From the NCBI GenBank assembly GCA_020536535.1, contig JAHLWZ010000810.1, positions 38,894 through 54,284 of the forward strand: a stretch of DNA of 15,391 nucleotides. Reading direction: 5' to 3'. Position 1 is the first letter of the stretch. Every line of letters starts with the position of its first letter. Source of the DNA: Pelomyxa schiedti. Its lineage: Eukaryota > Protista > Evosea. The translations under genes and the position numbers were made by a program. Under the pieces are notes generated by a model that saw only the letters and a list, made by a program, of their open reading frames with translations, did not search any database and was not told the DNA's origin. This document shows, piece by piece, positions 1 through 8,738 of this stretch.

Positions 1-25
1 GGGGGGGGGGGGGGGGGGCGGGGGG
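1..25. repeat. G18-C-G6 homopolymer at the window edge. Probable dG-tailing or poly-G sequencing artefact, not a telomere.
   Basis: Seen directly: 18 G, 1 C, 6 G at positions 1-25, followed by unique sequence. Known eukaryotic telomere repeats are not pure G. Confidence 0.5.
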
Positions 26-857
26 AAATGAGAGAGCCCATTAACACGTTGTTGGTTGGTGGGAATAATAGGGGAGTCTTGCCTGTTGCATTATGGCGCT
101 GTTGTGGCTGAACAGCGGACGACAGCATGTCACCAACGCGCCTCGTGCTTTGTGTCGGTTTTTATGTTTAATTACGAGGGTAAAATCTGTAATTCTGCCT
201 CGGTGTATTTTCGCCCTGGAGAAAGTTGTTAGAAAACTCGAAGGGAACAGGAAGGCGATTTAACTTCTATTTTCCGCTATCGGCCATTTTTAACCGTGCA
301 AGATTCAGCCCAGGATTGGTGAGTGCTCTTCCACCTTAAATGACTCTATTCCACACAGCACTGCACGGCAATGCCCAGCCAGGCCGATTCCGTCTGTTCC
401 CTCATATTTCCTCTCAGTCCATAGCAAAAATAAATAACCTCATCTTTAGGAACCACCTTGCTTCTCCCATGTTTGGGACGTAATGGGTGCGAGGGTTGTT
501 TCTTTCCCCTCGTCGTGGCTGCTGCGCCAAGCCACCGCACTGGTTCTACTACTCAAGACTCGCGCACCCAGTGGGTTGTTTTCTGGTGAACACGAAGTAA
601 CCCTTCTGGTTCAGGTGGTCACGACTGTAGTGTGCCTTCGCCGCTGTCAGGGCGGTACTTTCATAGCCATGGCTTGTGCTGCTTGTACACCGGGCAAGCC
701 TTGATGTTTTCCACCAGAGTTCAACAAAATCCTCTCACGTAAAAGGTTGAATAGAAGTCACGAAGAAATAAAGCCACTCAAAAGAATTTTGTTTGGAACT
801 ATTTTTTTTTCTTAGAAAACCAACACAAAACAAAACACTCAATCAAAACTTGCTTCT

Positions 858-1699
858 CTAGTGTCCAGAGGCGGGGGCGGAGACCAAGCCAGAGGCGGTG
901 TTGAACAAGTTAATTGGGCTGTTGCCATCGGTGATCATCAGTGACTTGAGTCCAAGGCCGTTGAGGAGCTTGGCCTGCATTTCTGGTCCGGCCTGTGCAA
1001 TAGCCCTGATTGTCTCTGGTCCAATGGCGGAAACTACCTCTCCGAACTTGGTGGTTTCGATTTCAGCAAGGTCGCGGGTGCGCTTCACCTCCAGCTGTGT
1101 GAGCTTCTCCTTGTGTGCAAGCTCCATTCCTTGTCGCTTCTTGAGCTCGTCAAGGGCTGCCTTTGCGGTAATGGTGGCAGAGTTTGCGGAGAGGGTTGCC
1201 TGCTTGACTGCGGCCTCGCCCTCGATGGTTGATGCAGCGGCAAGAGCTCGAGCCTCAGCTGTTGCCTGACCGGTGCTCTCCACGGTTGCGCTTTGTGCCT
1301 GGAGCTCAAGGAGTGACTTGCGGGCCCTCTCGGCCTCGGCCTCGTCGGCGAGCTTTTGTCTCTCAAGGCGGCCGCGGGCCTCCTGGTCAAGGCGCTCAGC
1401 CTCCTGGCGGGCTGTGGCCTCCTGGGACTTGGTGGTAATCTCAATAGCGAGTTGGACTGACTTCTGAAGGGAGTCGCGGGTGCGTTGGTCGACGGGCTCA
1501 ACAGACTGAATATCAATGTTGGTGACAACAAGGTTGTTGCTGCTGAAGACAAGTCGGTCATTGATTTCGCCGGTCTGTGTGTTGCGACCAAAAACGGACT
1601 CCTGAATGATATCTACGGAGTGCTTGTGGAAGGCATCGAAAGATGTAGAGGCAACAACTCCTCTGACGCGGGCACTGAGGGCCTTGCAAAGATCACCAA
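858..1699 (-). CDS. MVP: Major vault protein, exon 4 of 4. C-terminal shoulder, cap-helix and cap-ring region, ending at the TAG stop at 858-860.
   Basis: The minus-strand translation '...VGDLCKALSARVRGVVAS...[47 protein letters not shown]...' aligns with vertebrate MVP ([47 protein letters not shown]). The acceptor CGTAG lies at 1700-1701 and the exon enters in phase 1. Confidence 0.9.
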
Positions 1700-1745
1700 C
1701 TACGAGGTGTCAAAATAAAGAAAACCACACAAGAGAAAAACAAAC

Positions 1746-3089
1746 CGAAGTCAGGTGTGCTGAAGATGCGGCCAGCAGCCTCCTGATCGCTTTGGTCAAC
1801 CTCGAAATGCCAGTTATAGCTGAGCTTGAGAGCCAAACGGGCGTGATCAGCGGTTTCAACGGTGATCTGATCAGTCATGAAGTCGGGTCCAAGGAACAGG
1901 GAGATGGCGTGGATTTGGTTGGATTGTTTAGGAACACCACCGCTCATGTTAAGAGTTGTGAAGTGCTCATCTGGCTGGAGGAGGACAAGATCGGGTCCGA
2001 ATACAACACGTGATTTCTTCTTCTCATAGTCATACACTTGTACAGCAGCGCCGTGGGGTACACGGTAGCTGACAACGCGGGTTGGGTCGCGAGCCTTGGG
2101 AGATCCTGTCTTAATGTCGTTCTTGTCGCGAGAAGCATCAACAAGGAGCAACTTGTCGACTTCAGTGGGGAGAACCTTAGACCAGAGCTCCTCATTAGGG
2201 GCAAGCATGTATGAAGATCCAATGTGGGCGCGGATCTTGCCTGTGGTGATATCGCGTACGTAGATACCCTCGTTCTCGTCAAGAGGAATTGCTCTCCTCT
2301 TCTCGACTACCTCAACCTCTACTGGTGGGATGAAGTCTCGTGGGCCATAGAGCATCCACCTGTCTCCAGGGAGCTTCTTCTCTTCTGGAAGGGCAGAGCG
2401 GGCACGGAGAAGAAGGGCCTCCTCCTGAGCAAGCACGTACACATCCTGGATTCCATTCTCAAGCCTCTCACCTGGGTAGAGGAAGAAAGAAGCCTCGCCT
2501 CGGCGGAGTTCGCGGGCGCCGAACCTGGGCCTGCCGTCATGGCCAATTGGGTCGACAACAACGCAGAACTGTCGGTTGTTCAGGGTGGTGATTTTCACGA
2601 TTCCCTTGACTTGCTCATAAACGTCGGTGATGTAGGTCTCAGTATCTTGCATGGTGACAAGCCACTCCTCTCCAGCCTTGCGGACCTTGTTGAAGACATC
2701 AGAGAACGTGTTGTTGGCAACAAGGTGAAGGGCGGTAGTGGGAGTCAGAACAACGGCGCTGACAGTTCCAACGATTTCCTCATTGACATCAGGTAAGTAA
2801 GCACCGCTCTTGCGGACCAACCACTGCTCACCAGCGCATCTGTGCTGGGTGGTGCTATCAACGCAATCGAGTCTGGCGCGAAGCTTGAGGGCCTCATTCT
2901 CCTTGATGATTGTGCTGTTAACCTTCTCCACAACTGATTCCTCAACACGGGGAGTGTATGTGGAGGGTCCCTTGAACAGCCACTCGTCGCCAGAGGTTCG
3001 TTTGTGTCCTTCCTTGTCTTCGAAATCCCTCACGGCACGGATACGGAGTGCCTGATTGGCTTGAACGACAACCAAGGGTGTTGGCTTCT
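1746..3089 (-). CDS. MVP: Major vault protein, exon 3 of 4 (MVP repeat domains).
   Basis: A continuous 448-codon open frame, '...LVVVQANQALRIRAVRDFEDKEGHKRTSGDEWLFKGP...VVSYRVPHGAAVQVYDY...ITVETADHARLALKLSYNWHFEV...', is collinear with human MVP. The donor GTTTGT is at 1745-1744 (minus) and the acceptor TTTTAG at 3095-3090 (minus). Confidence 0.9.
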
Positions 3090-3145
3090 CTAAAACGCAG
3101 GATTAGTACTCGGAATTGGAATTAAAGGGAAAGAAGTGGGCATAC

Positions 3146-3322
3146 CCTTAAGAGACTCTCCAGGGAAGAGTGGGAATGGGTCCTGAGCGAAACGGATTTC
3201 CTCATCTCCATGTCTAATCTTGGGCATGCCAAACTGATCAAGGAGTGTGTTCCCCTTCTTGTCCTTCTCCACTGGGTTGGAGATCTTGCAGTAGTTGCGG
3301 GGAGGAACAGTAATCATAGCCT
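3146..3322 (-). CDS. MVP: Major vault protein, exon 2 of 4.
   Basis: The translation 'EAMITVPPRNYCKISNPVEKDKKGNTLLDQFGMPKIRHGDEEIRFAQDPFPLFPGESLK' corresponds to human 'MRMVTVPPRHYC...LAQDPFPLYPGEVLE'. It is flanked by the acceptor TTTCAG (3328-3323, minus) and the donor GTATGC (3145-3140, minus). The 56-nt downstream intron contains a TACTAAT branch-like motif. Confidence 0.85.
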
Positions 3323-3464
3323 CTGAAATTTAAATTAATAACCATTAAACCACAAGTATTTAAAAAGACACACACGACAAAAAACATCGCATTATTGAGT
3401 GTGTGTTGTAGTGGAAAAAACCCAATAACACGAAGGGAGAAAAACAAACAAACAAAAAGCGAAC

Positions 3465-3600
3465 CTGGGCCGAGGATGATGTTTTCATGGTCGCGGCGAG
3501 TGAAAGTTCGAGGACCGACAACAACAGTGGTAACGTTGGTGTTGTTATCAAAGACGTGGATGTAGTGGTTGGGCTTGATTCGAATGACTGACTCCGGCAT
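3465..3600 (-). CDS. MVP: Major vault protein, exon 1 of 4, with the start codon at 3600-3598.
   Basis: 'MPESVIRIKPNHYIHVFDNNTNVTTVVVGPRTFTRRDHENIILGP' matches the MVP N-terminus ([41 protein letters not shown]). The Kozak-like context is caaccATGc. The donor is GTTCGC at 3464. Intron 1 is 142 nt and A/C-rich. The exon phases make the four-exon total 2499 nt, which is 833 codons including the stop. Confidence 0.85.
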
Positions 3601-4043
3601 GGTTGAAACAAAACTTGACTTTTGGTTTGTTTTGGTTTTTCTTGTGTTTTTTTTTAAATTATGTTTTGGTTTTTTATTCGGCACAAAATAAAAAGTAGCT
3701 ACGCGGATCTAACGGCCAAAAAAAAAACCGAACGGAGGAAAAAAAAACAAACCAAGAATTGAAAGAGAAAAAAATAGGAATTCCTGAAAGCGAAAGGACT
3801 GGGCGTTGAATCAGTTGCTTTTTAATCCGGGGTTCTATCTTTCTATCCTCCGCGCCATTCTCCTCTCTGAGCATGGAAGCATCGCCTATTCCCAAGCCTC
3901 AATAGATACACAACAAGGTCTTTGTGAGCAGCTTCGAGACCCACACCACCAGAAAACACAAAATCCTTTCGCCGTGCCTGATTGTGTGCAATGCACTGCA
4001 TCTTTCACGAACGTTCTTCGTTGCCGTCCACCAACCGGCGAAC
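3601..4043. promoter_or_regulatory. Divergent intergenic and 5'-UTR region shared by MVP (minus) and the ROCO gene (plus). It is A/T-rich with long A tracts.
   Basis: The two genes sit head-to-head with their ATGs 443 bp apart (MVP at 3600, ROCO at 4044). The region contains tracts such as caaaaaaaaaaaccgaacggaggaaaaaaaaac. A 10-codon uORF (ATG 3873 to TAG 3905) is in frame with the ROCO ORF. No TATA element is obvious. Confidence 0.4.
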
Positions 4044-6051
4044 ATGCAACCTGCCAACGACGACCCCCCTTCTCCCTCGCCCCAGCCCACGGAATCCGCA
4101 GACACCCGCCCCTCCGCCTCTGCCTCTCCCCCTCCTTCACACCCATCCCACCACCACCGGGACCAACACCGGCACAGCTGCAGCCCAGAGAGGCAGCACG
4201 AAGGGTGCCCGGCAGACAGCCCCCCGCGGTGCGGCCTGCCCCCCCCGGGGGCCATCCGCGCCCGCGCCTCCACCTCCGCGTCGGTGCTGGACAAGCGGAA
4301 GACCCTGCAGCGCTCCAACGGCGTCCTCAACCTCCGCGGCATGGGCTGCGACGACACCTGCCCGCTGCCCCCGTCCTCGATCCGCGCCTCCTGCTCCCTG
4401 CTGCCGCTGCCCTCGTCCTCGTGCCCGCCCTCGTGCGCCTCCCACGAGGGGATGCCCTGCACCTGCCGCTGCTCCCTCACGACGACTACTACTACTGCTA
4501 CTACTACCTCGGCTTCCTCGTCGTCGCCGAAGGGGGTGGTGCTGCGGAGCCTGGGTAAAAACACTGCTGGGGCACCTACCAGCAAGTCGATGGACTCGGT
4601 GGTTTTGAACCCCACTGGGGGCGTCAAGTGCACTGTGAGGGGCACGGACAACGATCGCAACAACTCGCTCTCTCAGTCTCCAAATGCCACCAGGAAAAAA
4701 TCGACTTCCAAAAGACCTTCCCCATCTCCACCACCAAAATCCACTCCTCTGAAAACAATGGTAACTGTGAGCCAAATGGCCCAGGCTACTACTACGGGGA
4801 TCCCGCAACCTACTGAACAGATAGTACCAACTGGCGATTCAGGTGATTCAGCTTCTAGTAACACCCCTGCGAACAGCAGAACCAAAACGTCTCCAAGGAT
4901 TGCACTTTTTCCCACCATCAAAATACACTGCCTATGGAAACATGGCAGCCATACTACCGTGTCACAACTGTCAAGATACTCCCGTTGCATCGCGGAGGCG
5001 CTAATTCCGGAACTGCAGAGTGATGAACTTGACCGAGCAAGGGCATTAAAGAAGTTGCAGGAACAAAGCCCCAAGATTATCAAAGTGTTTGCCAACGTCT
5101 TCGAAGCTGCTTCTTCCGAGTCACATTCGTCGTTTGACACCTTTGGAGATTTTCACCCAATGGCATCCCTGGCACAGGCTTCCAACATTAGTGACCTAGT
5201 TTCTCCTGGTCTAAATTATACCACCCCCTCAGAGTCTCCCATGTCAGGCGACTCAACCCCAGAGTCAAGAGGTGCCAGCCTTCAAAGTGGAATGACTGAT
5301 GAAACGGCACTTATATTTATGCTTTCTGTGAGTGATAGCTCCATTCCTTATGTTTGGGTACATGCTGCCCATGCAGCTGTTGATGCTCTATGGTGCATTT
5401 GCTTAAGTCCGCGGTTCGCAAAACTTGTGCATCAAAATGTTGTCGTATTTGCATGCCGGCTATTCTTCCACTCTTTGGCATCGTCTTTGACCTGGTCTTC
5501 GCTTCCTCAGCTGCCTCCGTCATGTCTTTTGGAGTCGACTGCCTCAGCGGCGTTGTTGATGTCTTCCTCATCAAGCTCCCTATTATCACCGCACGTACCC
5601 TCTCTATCGCCCACTCCAGACACCAAAGCCACAGGATCTGGTGTGGCTCCACCAGTGGAGGAACCGGAAGCTCCACTAAATCCTCTTCGCAATGCTTCAG
5701 TTCGAAAAGATACCTGTGGTATTCTTTGGCGCTTGACAGAGATTCTAACAAATCGCATTGATGACTCCGGACTTCCTGAGGGGGGTGGACTTCAACAGCG
5801 CATGCAAATAAATAATGTTGCCCTACAGTCAGCAGTATCACGCCTTCTGAAGGCATTCCCTGAACACCAGCGCATCCAATATCACAGTTGTAAGTTGATG
5901 ACAGTTATGATAAAGCGGTATTCATTTTGCTGGGAATTCGTCAAACTTGATGGGCTCAAAGTATTGAGTAGTGCTGCCCGACTCTTAATGAGAACTGCTG
6001 AGGCAATTCCCGATACTCTTCAGGAGCTAAGAGATCATATTATTAACGTTG
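4044..6051 (+). CDS. ROCO-family kinase (LRR-Roc-COR-kinase), exon 1. An N-terminal Pro/Ser/Cys/Thr-rich low-complexity segment (GC-rich, 4047-4560) is followed by an ARM/HEAT-like helical region. The start is the first in-frame ATG at 4044 (upstream 3924 is GTG).
   Basis: The open frame is 2.0 kb long. Its C-terminal part, 'SIPYVWVHAAHAAVDALWCICLSPRFAKLVHQNVVVFACRLF...LKVLSSAARLLMRTAEAIPDTLQELRDHIINV', looks like armadillo-type repeats as found N-terminal in LRRK-type proteins. The codons are C-ending, like the MVP sense strand. The donor GTACTT is at 6052 and the exon ends in phase 1. Confidence 0.7.
4047..4560 (+). other. GC/CpG-rich compositional island (about 70% GC) inside ROCO exon 1. 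It has no stops in any of the six frames and includes a poly-Thr ACT/ACG run at 4483-4512.
   Basis: There is an abrupt composition shift relative to the flanking sequence, which is about 45% GC. In the ROCO frame the codons are predominantly NCC/NTC, consistent with the sense-strand bias seen in MVP. Confidence 0.6.
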
Positions 6052-6106
6052 GTACTTGCCCTCTGCGGACTGGATGCTCTTATTCTTCGTGTGTATATTC
6101 CTCCAG

Positions 6107-6601
6107 CAATGCATACTTATCTTTTTAGTGGTTCAGGGGAGACCACATGCGTTTCTGTTCTATATAATGCCTTGTTAGCAGAACAGTACCAAGAGCTTGT
6201 GTTAACTGAAAATATCACTTCACAGGCCTTGGCTCAATTTTTGCCTTCCCTGTACCCTTTCTCCCGAGTCGTTATGAGTAATTTGGGGCTGGACTCTGTG
6301 CCTATCGAGATAGGCAATCTTTCCAATCTCGTTCAAGTTGATCTGAGTCACAATCAACTTGGTTATGTCCCTTGTTCTTTTGCTAAGCTGGAGAAACTGG
6401 AACTTCTCAACGTTGAATACAATAAGATTGACCGGTTATTCCCAGGGTTTGGGCTCCACCCAACAATGAAACTGATGTGCCAGCATAATCCTCTCAAGGG
6501 AATACCCTTCATGGCCAGAAACTCTCCAAAAAACTTGAAGACTTATTTGAAAGACTTAAATGAAGACATGCACTACTGGAATCGCGTTCGGATACTCGTA
6601 G
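6107..6601 (+). CDS. ROCO kinase, exon 2: leucine-rich repeats plus the start of the Roc GTPase domain.
   Basis: 'MSNLGLDSVPIEIGNLSNLVQVDLSHNQLGYVPCSFAKLEKLELLNVEYNKIDRL' has the LxxLxLxxN LRR consensus. The exon ends '...WNRVRILV|' immediately before the P-loop. The acceptor is tcctccag at 6106 and the donor GTATGA at 6602. Confidence 0.8.
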
Positions 6602-6649
6602 GTATGATAATAGACTCAAATATATAAAAAGAGTAAATCTTTGTTCCAG

Positions 6650-6822
6650 TTGGAGAAGAATCAGCTGGCAAAACTTCTCTCATTCGCCGTTTGCAGTCAC
6701 GCAAATTCAAGTCCAACTCTCTGGCTACAAATGGAATTGAAGTAGCATCGAAGCAAGTAAGTATTGGTGAATCTACACTGGGACCTTCAGTTAAATTTAT
6801 GTGCTGGGACTTTGGTGGACAG
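6650..6822 (+). CDS. ROCO kinase, exon 3: Roc GTPase G1 (P-loop) to G3.
   Basis: 'VGEESAGKTSLIRRLQSRKF...KFMCWDFGGQ' carries the GxxxxGK[ST] P-loop and the DxxGQ switch II motif, as in the LRRK2 Roc domain (LNVWDFAGREEF). The acceptor is ttgttccag at 6649 and the donor GTAGTT at 6823. Confidence 0.8.
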
Positions 6823-6864
6823 GTAGTTCGCCTCTTACCCATAAATTATTCTAAAAGTCCTAAG

Positions 6865-6975
6865 GTGTGCTTCTATCCAACTCACCAGTTCTTCCTATCA
6901 CCCAAAGCCCTTTACCTAGTGACCTTTAGTCTGGAAAAGTTTCAGCTCTCCACTATTGATTACTGGCTTCAGCAG
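6865..6975 (+). CDS. ROCO kinase, exon 4 (Roc domain). The 5' boundary is uncertain.
   Basis: 'VCFYPTHQFFLSPKALYLVTFSLEKFQLSTIDYWLQQ' aligns with LRRK2 'EEFYSTHPHFMTQRALYLAVYDLSK'. The preceding 42-nt intron (6823-6864) is in frame and has no stop, so retention cannot be excluded. The donor GTGTGA is at 6976. Confidence 0.5.
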
Positions 6976-7016
6976 GTGTGATTAGAAGTTTTGTTGTCTG
7001 TTCTGAGATGCACAAG

Positions 7017-7163
7017 ATTGAAGCAATTTCCTCCAAAGATCAAACAGAGCCTCCAGTAATTCTTTGCGGGACGCACTCTGACGTTTTTCCTTCCCTAGAG
7101 GAAGCCACTATACAAATTCAAAGTATGCTTTCCAGATACAAGCAAAGGTTTCACAACATTAAG
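7017..7163 (+). CDS. ROCO kinase, exon 5 (Roc G4 region).
   Basis: 'IEAISSKDQTEPPVILCGTHSDV...' corresponds to LRRK2 'ARASSSPVILVGTHLDV'. The acceptor at 7016 gives a 41-nt intron, although a 32-nt alternative exists. The donor GTATAT is at 7164. Confidence 0.65.
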
Positions 7164-7207
7164 GTATATTGTGACTTTATTGTCTTCCAATATTCATCTG
7201 AGTCCAG

Positions 7208-7291
7208 GGAGCAATTGCACTGAGCAATAGCACTGGCATTGGCATCAATTCACTTAAGACGCTTCTCCTAAAAGTCGCTAAGGATACGAAG
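7208..7291 (+). CDS. ROCO kinase, exon 6 (end of Roc).
   Basis: 'GAIALSNSTGIGINSLKTLLLKVAKDTK' is in phase 0 at both ends. The flanking introns are 44 nt (7164-7207) and 43 nt (7292-7334). Confidence 0.65.
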
Positions 7292-7334
7292 GTAGTCCTT
7301 TGTCGAATACATTCTTTATTCATAAGTGGAATAG

Positions 7335-7510
7335 CTCACGAATATCGAAATTCCCACATCTTACTACTGCCTATCAAAACGGGTGATCTCGTTGCAAAAG
7401 GCATCCCCTGGAATGCGGGTAATGCCCTGGATGAGCTTTTATCAGCTCGCAAACCAGGTGAACTTATTTTGCCCTGTAAGTGTCCAACTTGCAGCGGAAT
7501 TTCTGTGCAG
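7335..7510 (+). CDS. ROCO kinase, exon 7 (COR-A).
   Basis: 'LTNIEIPTSYYCLSKRVISLQKA...QVNLFCPVSVQLAAEFLCS' aligns with LRRK2 COR 'GQLIPDCYVELEKIILSERKN...ENELPHAVHFLNES'. Internal GT sites (GTGAAC, GTAAGT) are read through. The donor GTAGAA at 7511 is required because an in-frame TAG follows. Confidence 0.6.
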
Positions 7511-7552
7511 GTAGAACTAGCTTCCTTTTATGCTTTCCTTTCCTAATCCCAG

Positions 7553-7619
7553 CAGTATGGGTTATTTGTTACACTACAACCACGGTTTACTTGCGGATGT
7601 GGTGTTTATGGACATGCAG
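7553..7619 (+). CDS. ROCO kinase, exon 8 (COR). The acceptor is either 7552 or 7555.
   Basis: 'SMGYLLHYNHGLLADVVFMDMQ' aligns with LRRK2 'SGVLLHFQDPALQLSDLYFVEPK'. The donor GTATTC is at 7620. Confidence 0.6.
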
Positions 7620-7661
7620 GTATTCGAACTCCTTCGTAATTTTTTCTGACATCTCCTATAG

Positions 7662-7751
7662 TGGGTTGCTAACGTTATGGCGACACTGATTTCGTTTACC
7701 CACAATTTCGGTAAAAGAGATGGGCTTCTTAGACCAGAGGACCTTAAACAG
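7662..7751 (+). CDS. ROCO kinase, exon 9 (COR).
   Basis: 'WVANVMATLISFTHNFGKRDGLLRPEDLKQ' aligns with LRRK2 'WLCKIMAQILT...GIISRRDVEKFL'. The preceding 42-nt intron has a CTGAC branch-like motif. Confidence 0.65.
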
Positions 7752-7797
7752 GTTCCCTATTGTTATCAATGCTCTTTAATTAAATCATGTGCCTAAG

Positions 7798-8033
7798 ATT
7801 CTGAAAGGAAGCACCACAAATTCACTGGAATTCATAGAGCTTCTTGTAAAATTCAACATTGCTCATGTTATTTCTAGCAATGACTCACTTCTCATCCCGT
7901 GCCTCCTGTCTGATGCCTGCCCCAATATGGAGTGGCCTCCACAATCTCCAAATGATAGCCTTACTTCACCTATGGTGATAAGTGCTTGTTCTAGGTACTA
8001 CAGATTATATGAATTTCGGTTTCTGCCTCTTGG
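7798..8033 (+). CDS. ROCO kinase, exon 10 (COR).
   Basis: 'ILKGSTTNSLEFIELLVKFNIAHVISSNDSLLIPCLLSD...RYYRLYEFRFLPLG' aligns with LRRK2 'YFKLLEKFQIALPIGEEYLLVPSSLSD...IIIRLYEMPYFPMG'. The donor GTGTGC is at 8034. Confidence 0.75.
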
Positions 8034-8083
8034 GTGTGCCAGCTGATGTTATAGAGGTTTCCTTACATTTTTCCATGAAATAG

Positions 8084-8301
8084 CTTTATGGGTAGATTGA
8101 TTACACAAATACTCCAGAGCCCAAATATATCCATGCTGAATTGCTGGAAGGATGGGCTTATTATTACAGATAAACTCCATCCCCAGTTTTGTCTGTTTAA
8201 GTATGACCCTGAACTGTGCACTGTGTCTCTTGATGTTGCTCTGTTTGGCTCTCTTGAGGACCCCAAGGCATCTTTGCTGCGAATATGTATTGAAATGATA
8301 G
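8084..8301 (+). CDS. ROCO kinase, exon 11 (COR).
   Basis: 'FMGRLITQILQSPNISMLNCWKDGLIITDKLHPQFCLFKYDPELCTVSLDVALFGS...' aligns with LRRK2 'FWSRLINRLLEISPYMLSGRE...'. The preceding intron is 50 nt. Confidence 0.75.
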
Positions 8302-8342
8302 GTGGGGATGATGTAAATCCTTGTACCCTCACAATAAAATAG

Positions 8343-8506
8343 AAGCCCTAGCGGAATGTTCATACCCAAGATTATTTTATTGTCTTCAACGAAGAGTTCC
8401 CTGCAACCACTGTAAAGCTCTCAGCACTGCTTCAGTTTTCAAGTATGAAGATATTGTATCACTGTATGTTTCTGGGCAAACAGACGTGAAATGTAATGGT
8501 GACTCT
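8343..8506 (+). CDS. ROCO kinase, exon 12 (COR-B). The 3' boundary is ambiguous.
   Basis: 'EALAECSYPRLFYCLQRRVPCNHCKAL...' resembles LRRK2 'DSLMEEWFPGLLEI'. A phase-0 donor is needed to reach the acceptor at 8553. Candidates are 8455, 8467, 8485, 8506, 8512 and 8515. I chose 8506 because it gives the modal 47-nt intron. Confidence 0.35.
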
Positions 8507-8553
8507 GTTACGGTTGTACCTATCAAATGCTACTGTTTACTGACACACCTAAG

Positions 8554-8649
8554 TTGGAAGACTTAGCACCGGACATAACATTCACTGATATACCAGTCCT
8601 AAAGGATGTACGAATTGTTAGAAAACTGGGTGAAGGAGGCTTTGGGGCT
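8554..8649 (+). CDS. ROCO kinase, exon 13: the COR-kinase junction and the kinase glycine-rich loop.
   Basis: 'LEDLAPDITFTDIPVLKDVRIVRKLGEGGFGA' carries the GxGxFG motif. The donor GTACTT at 8650 is the same hexamer as the intron 1 donor. Confidence 0.75.
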
Positions 8650-8693
8650 GTACTTCCATCTTTCCTCCAATTCAATCTTAGAATCAGTATTAG

Positions 8694-8738
8694 GTTTACC
8701 AAGGAATGCTAAATACGAGCAGCTGGGTGGCAGTAAAA
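8694..8738 (+). CDS. ROCO kinase, exon 14 (kinase subdomains I-II; VAVK catalytic lysine).
   Basis: 'VYQGMLNTSSWVAVK'. Donor options at 8739, 8742 and 8745 all preserve the frame, and 8739 (GTAGTT) gives a 42-nt intron. Confidence 0.6.

Noticed and set aside
346-704. Small ORFs 346..540 (-) and 483..704 (+), and a GTGAGT..CACAG intron-like segment at 318-357, in the MVP 3' flank
   Set aside because: The ORFs are short, overlap each other and have no recognisable domains. The region is most economically explained as MVP 3' UTR and intergenic sequence.
898-1591. Long ORFs overlapping MVP exon 4 on both strands (898..1269 +, 1229..1438 +, 1273..1467 +, 1085..1591 -)
   Set aside because: They are alternative-frame or antisense shadows of the GC3-rich MVP coding sequence. 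Only the minus-strand frame that is collinear with MVP homologues is real.
1606-3055. Plus-strand ORFs 1606..2013, 2224..2796, 2340..2591 and 2810..3055, and minus-strand off-frame ORFs 1944..2282, 2319..2561 and 2745..2948
   Set aside because: They are antisense or off-frame relative to MVP exon 3. They have no homology and are produced by the codon bias of the true frame.
3238-3684. Upstream extension of MVP to the ATG at 3684 ('MPNKKPKHNLKKNTRKTKTNQK...')
   Set aside because: The extension is an A-rich, low-complexity leader, and MVP homology begins exactly at the ATG at 3600. The stretch 3465-3323 read as protein is actually the 142-nt intron 1.
3924-4043. ORF-track start of the ROCO ORF at 3924
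   Set aside because: Position 3924 is GTG, not ATG. The first in-frame ATG is 4044, so 3924-4043 is treated as 5' leader, and it contains a short uORF.
3806-4808. Alternative-frame and antisense ORFs through the GC-rich block (3806..4558 +, 3982..4608 +, 3886..4146 -, 3899..4663 -, 4137..4808 -)
   Set aside because: The block has no stops in any frame because of its composition. Only the frame continuous with the downstream ARM, LRR and Roc domains, which has C-ending codon bias, is credited.
6756-6789. Consensus GTAAGT at 6756 as an intron donor inside the Roc domain
   Set aside because: The only nearby acceptor gives a 34-nt intron that shifts the frame into a stop. Read-through gives an uninterrupted alignment to LRRK2 Roc ('IEVASKQVSIGESTLGPSVKFMCWDFGGQ').
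7455-7480. GTGAAC (7455) and GTAAGT (7476) as donors in COR-A
   Set aside because: Both leave the downstream COR sequence out of frame. Only the GTAGAA donor at 7511 (phase 2) connects to 'SMGYLLHY...', the conserved COR segment.
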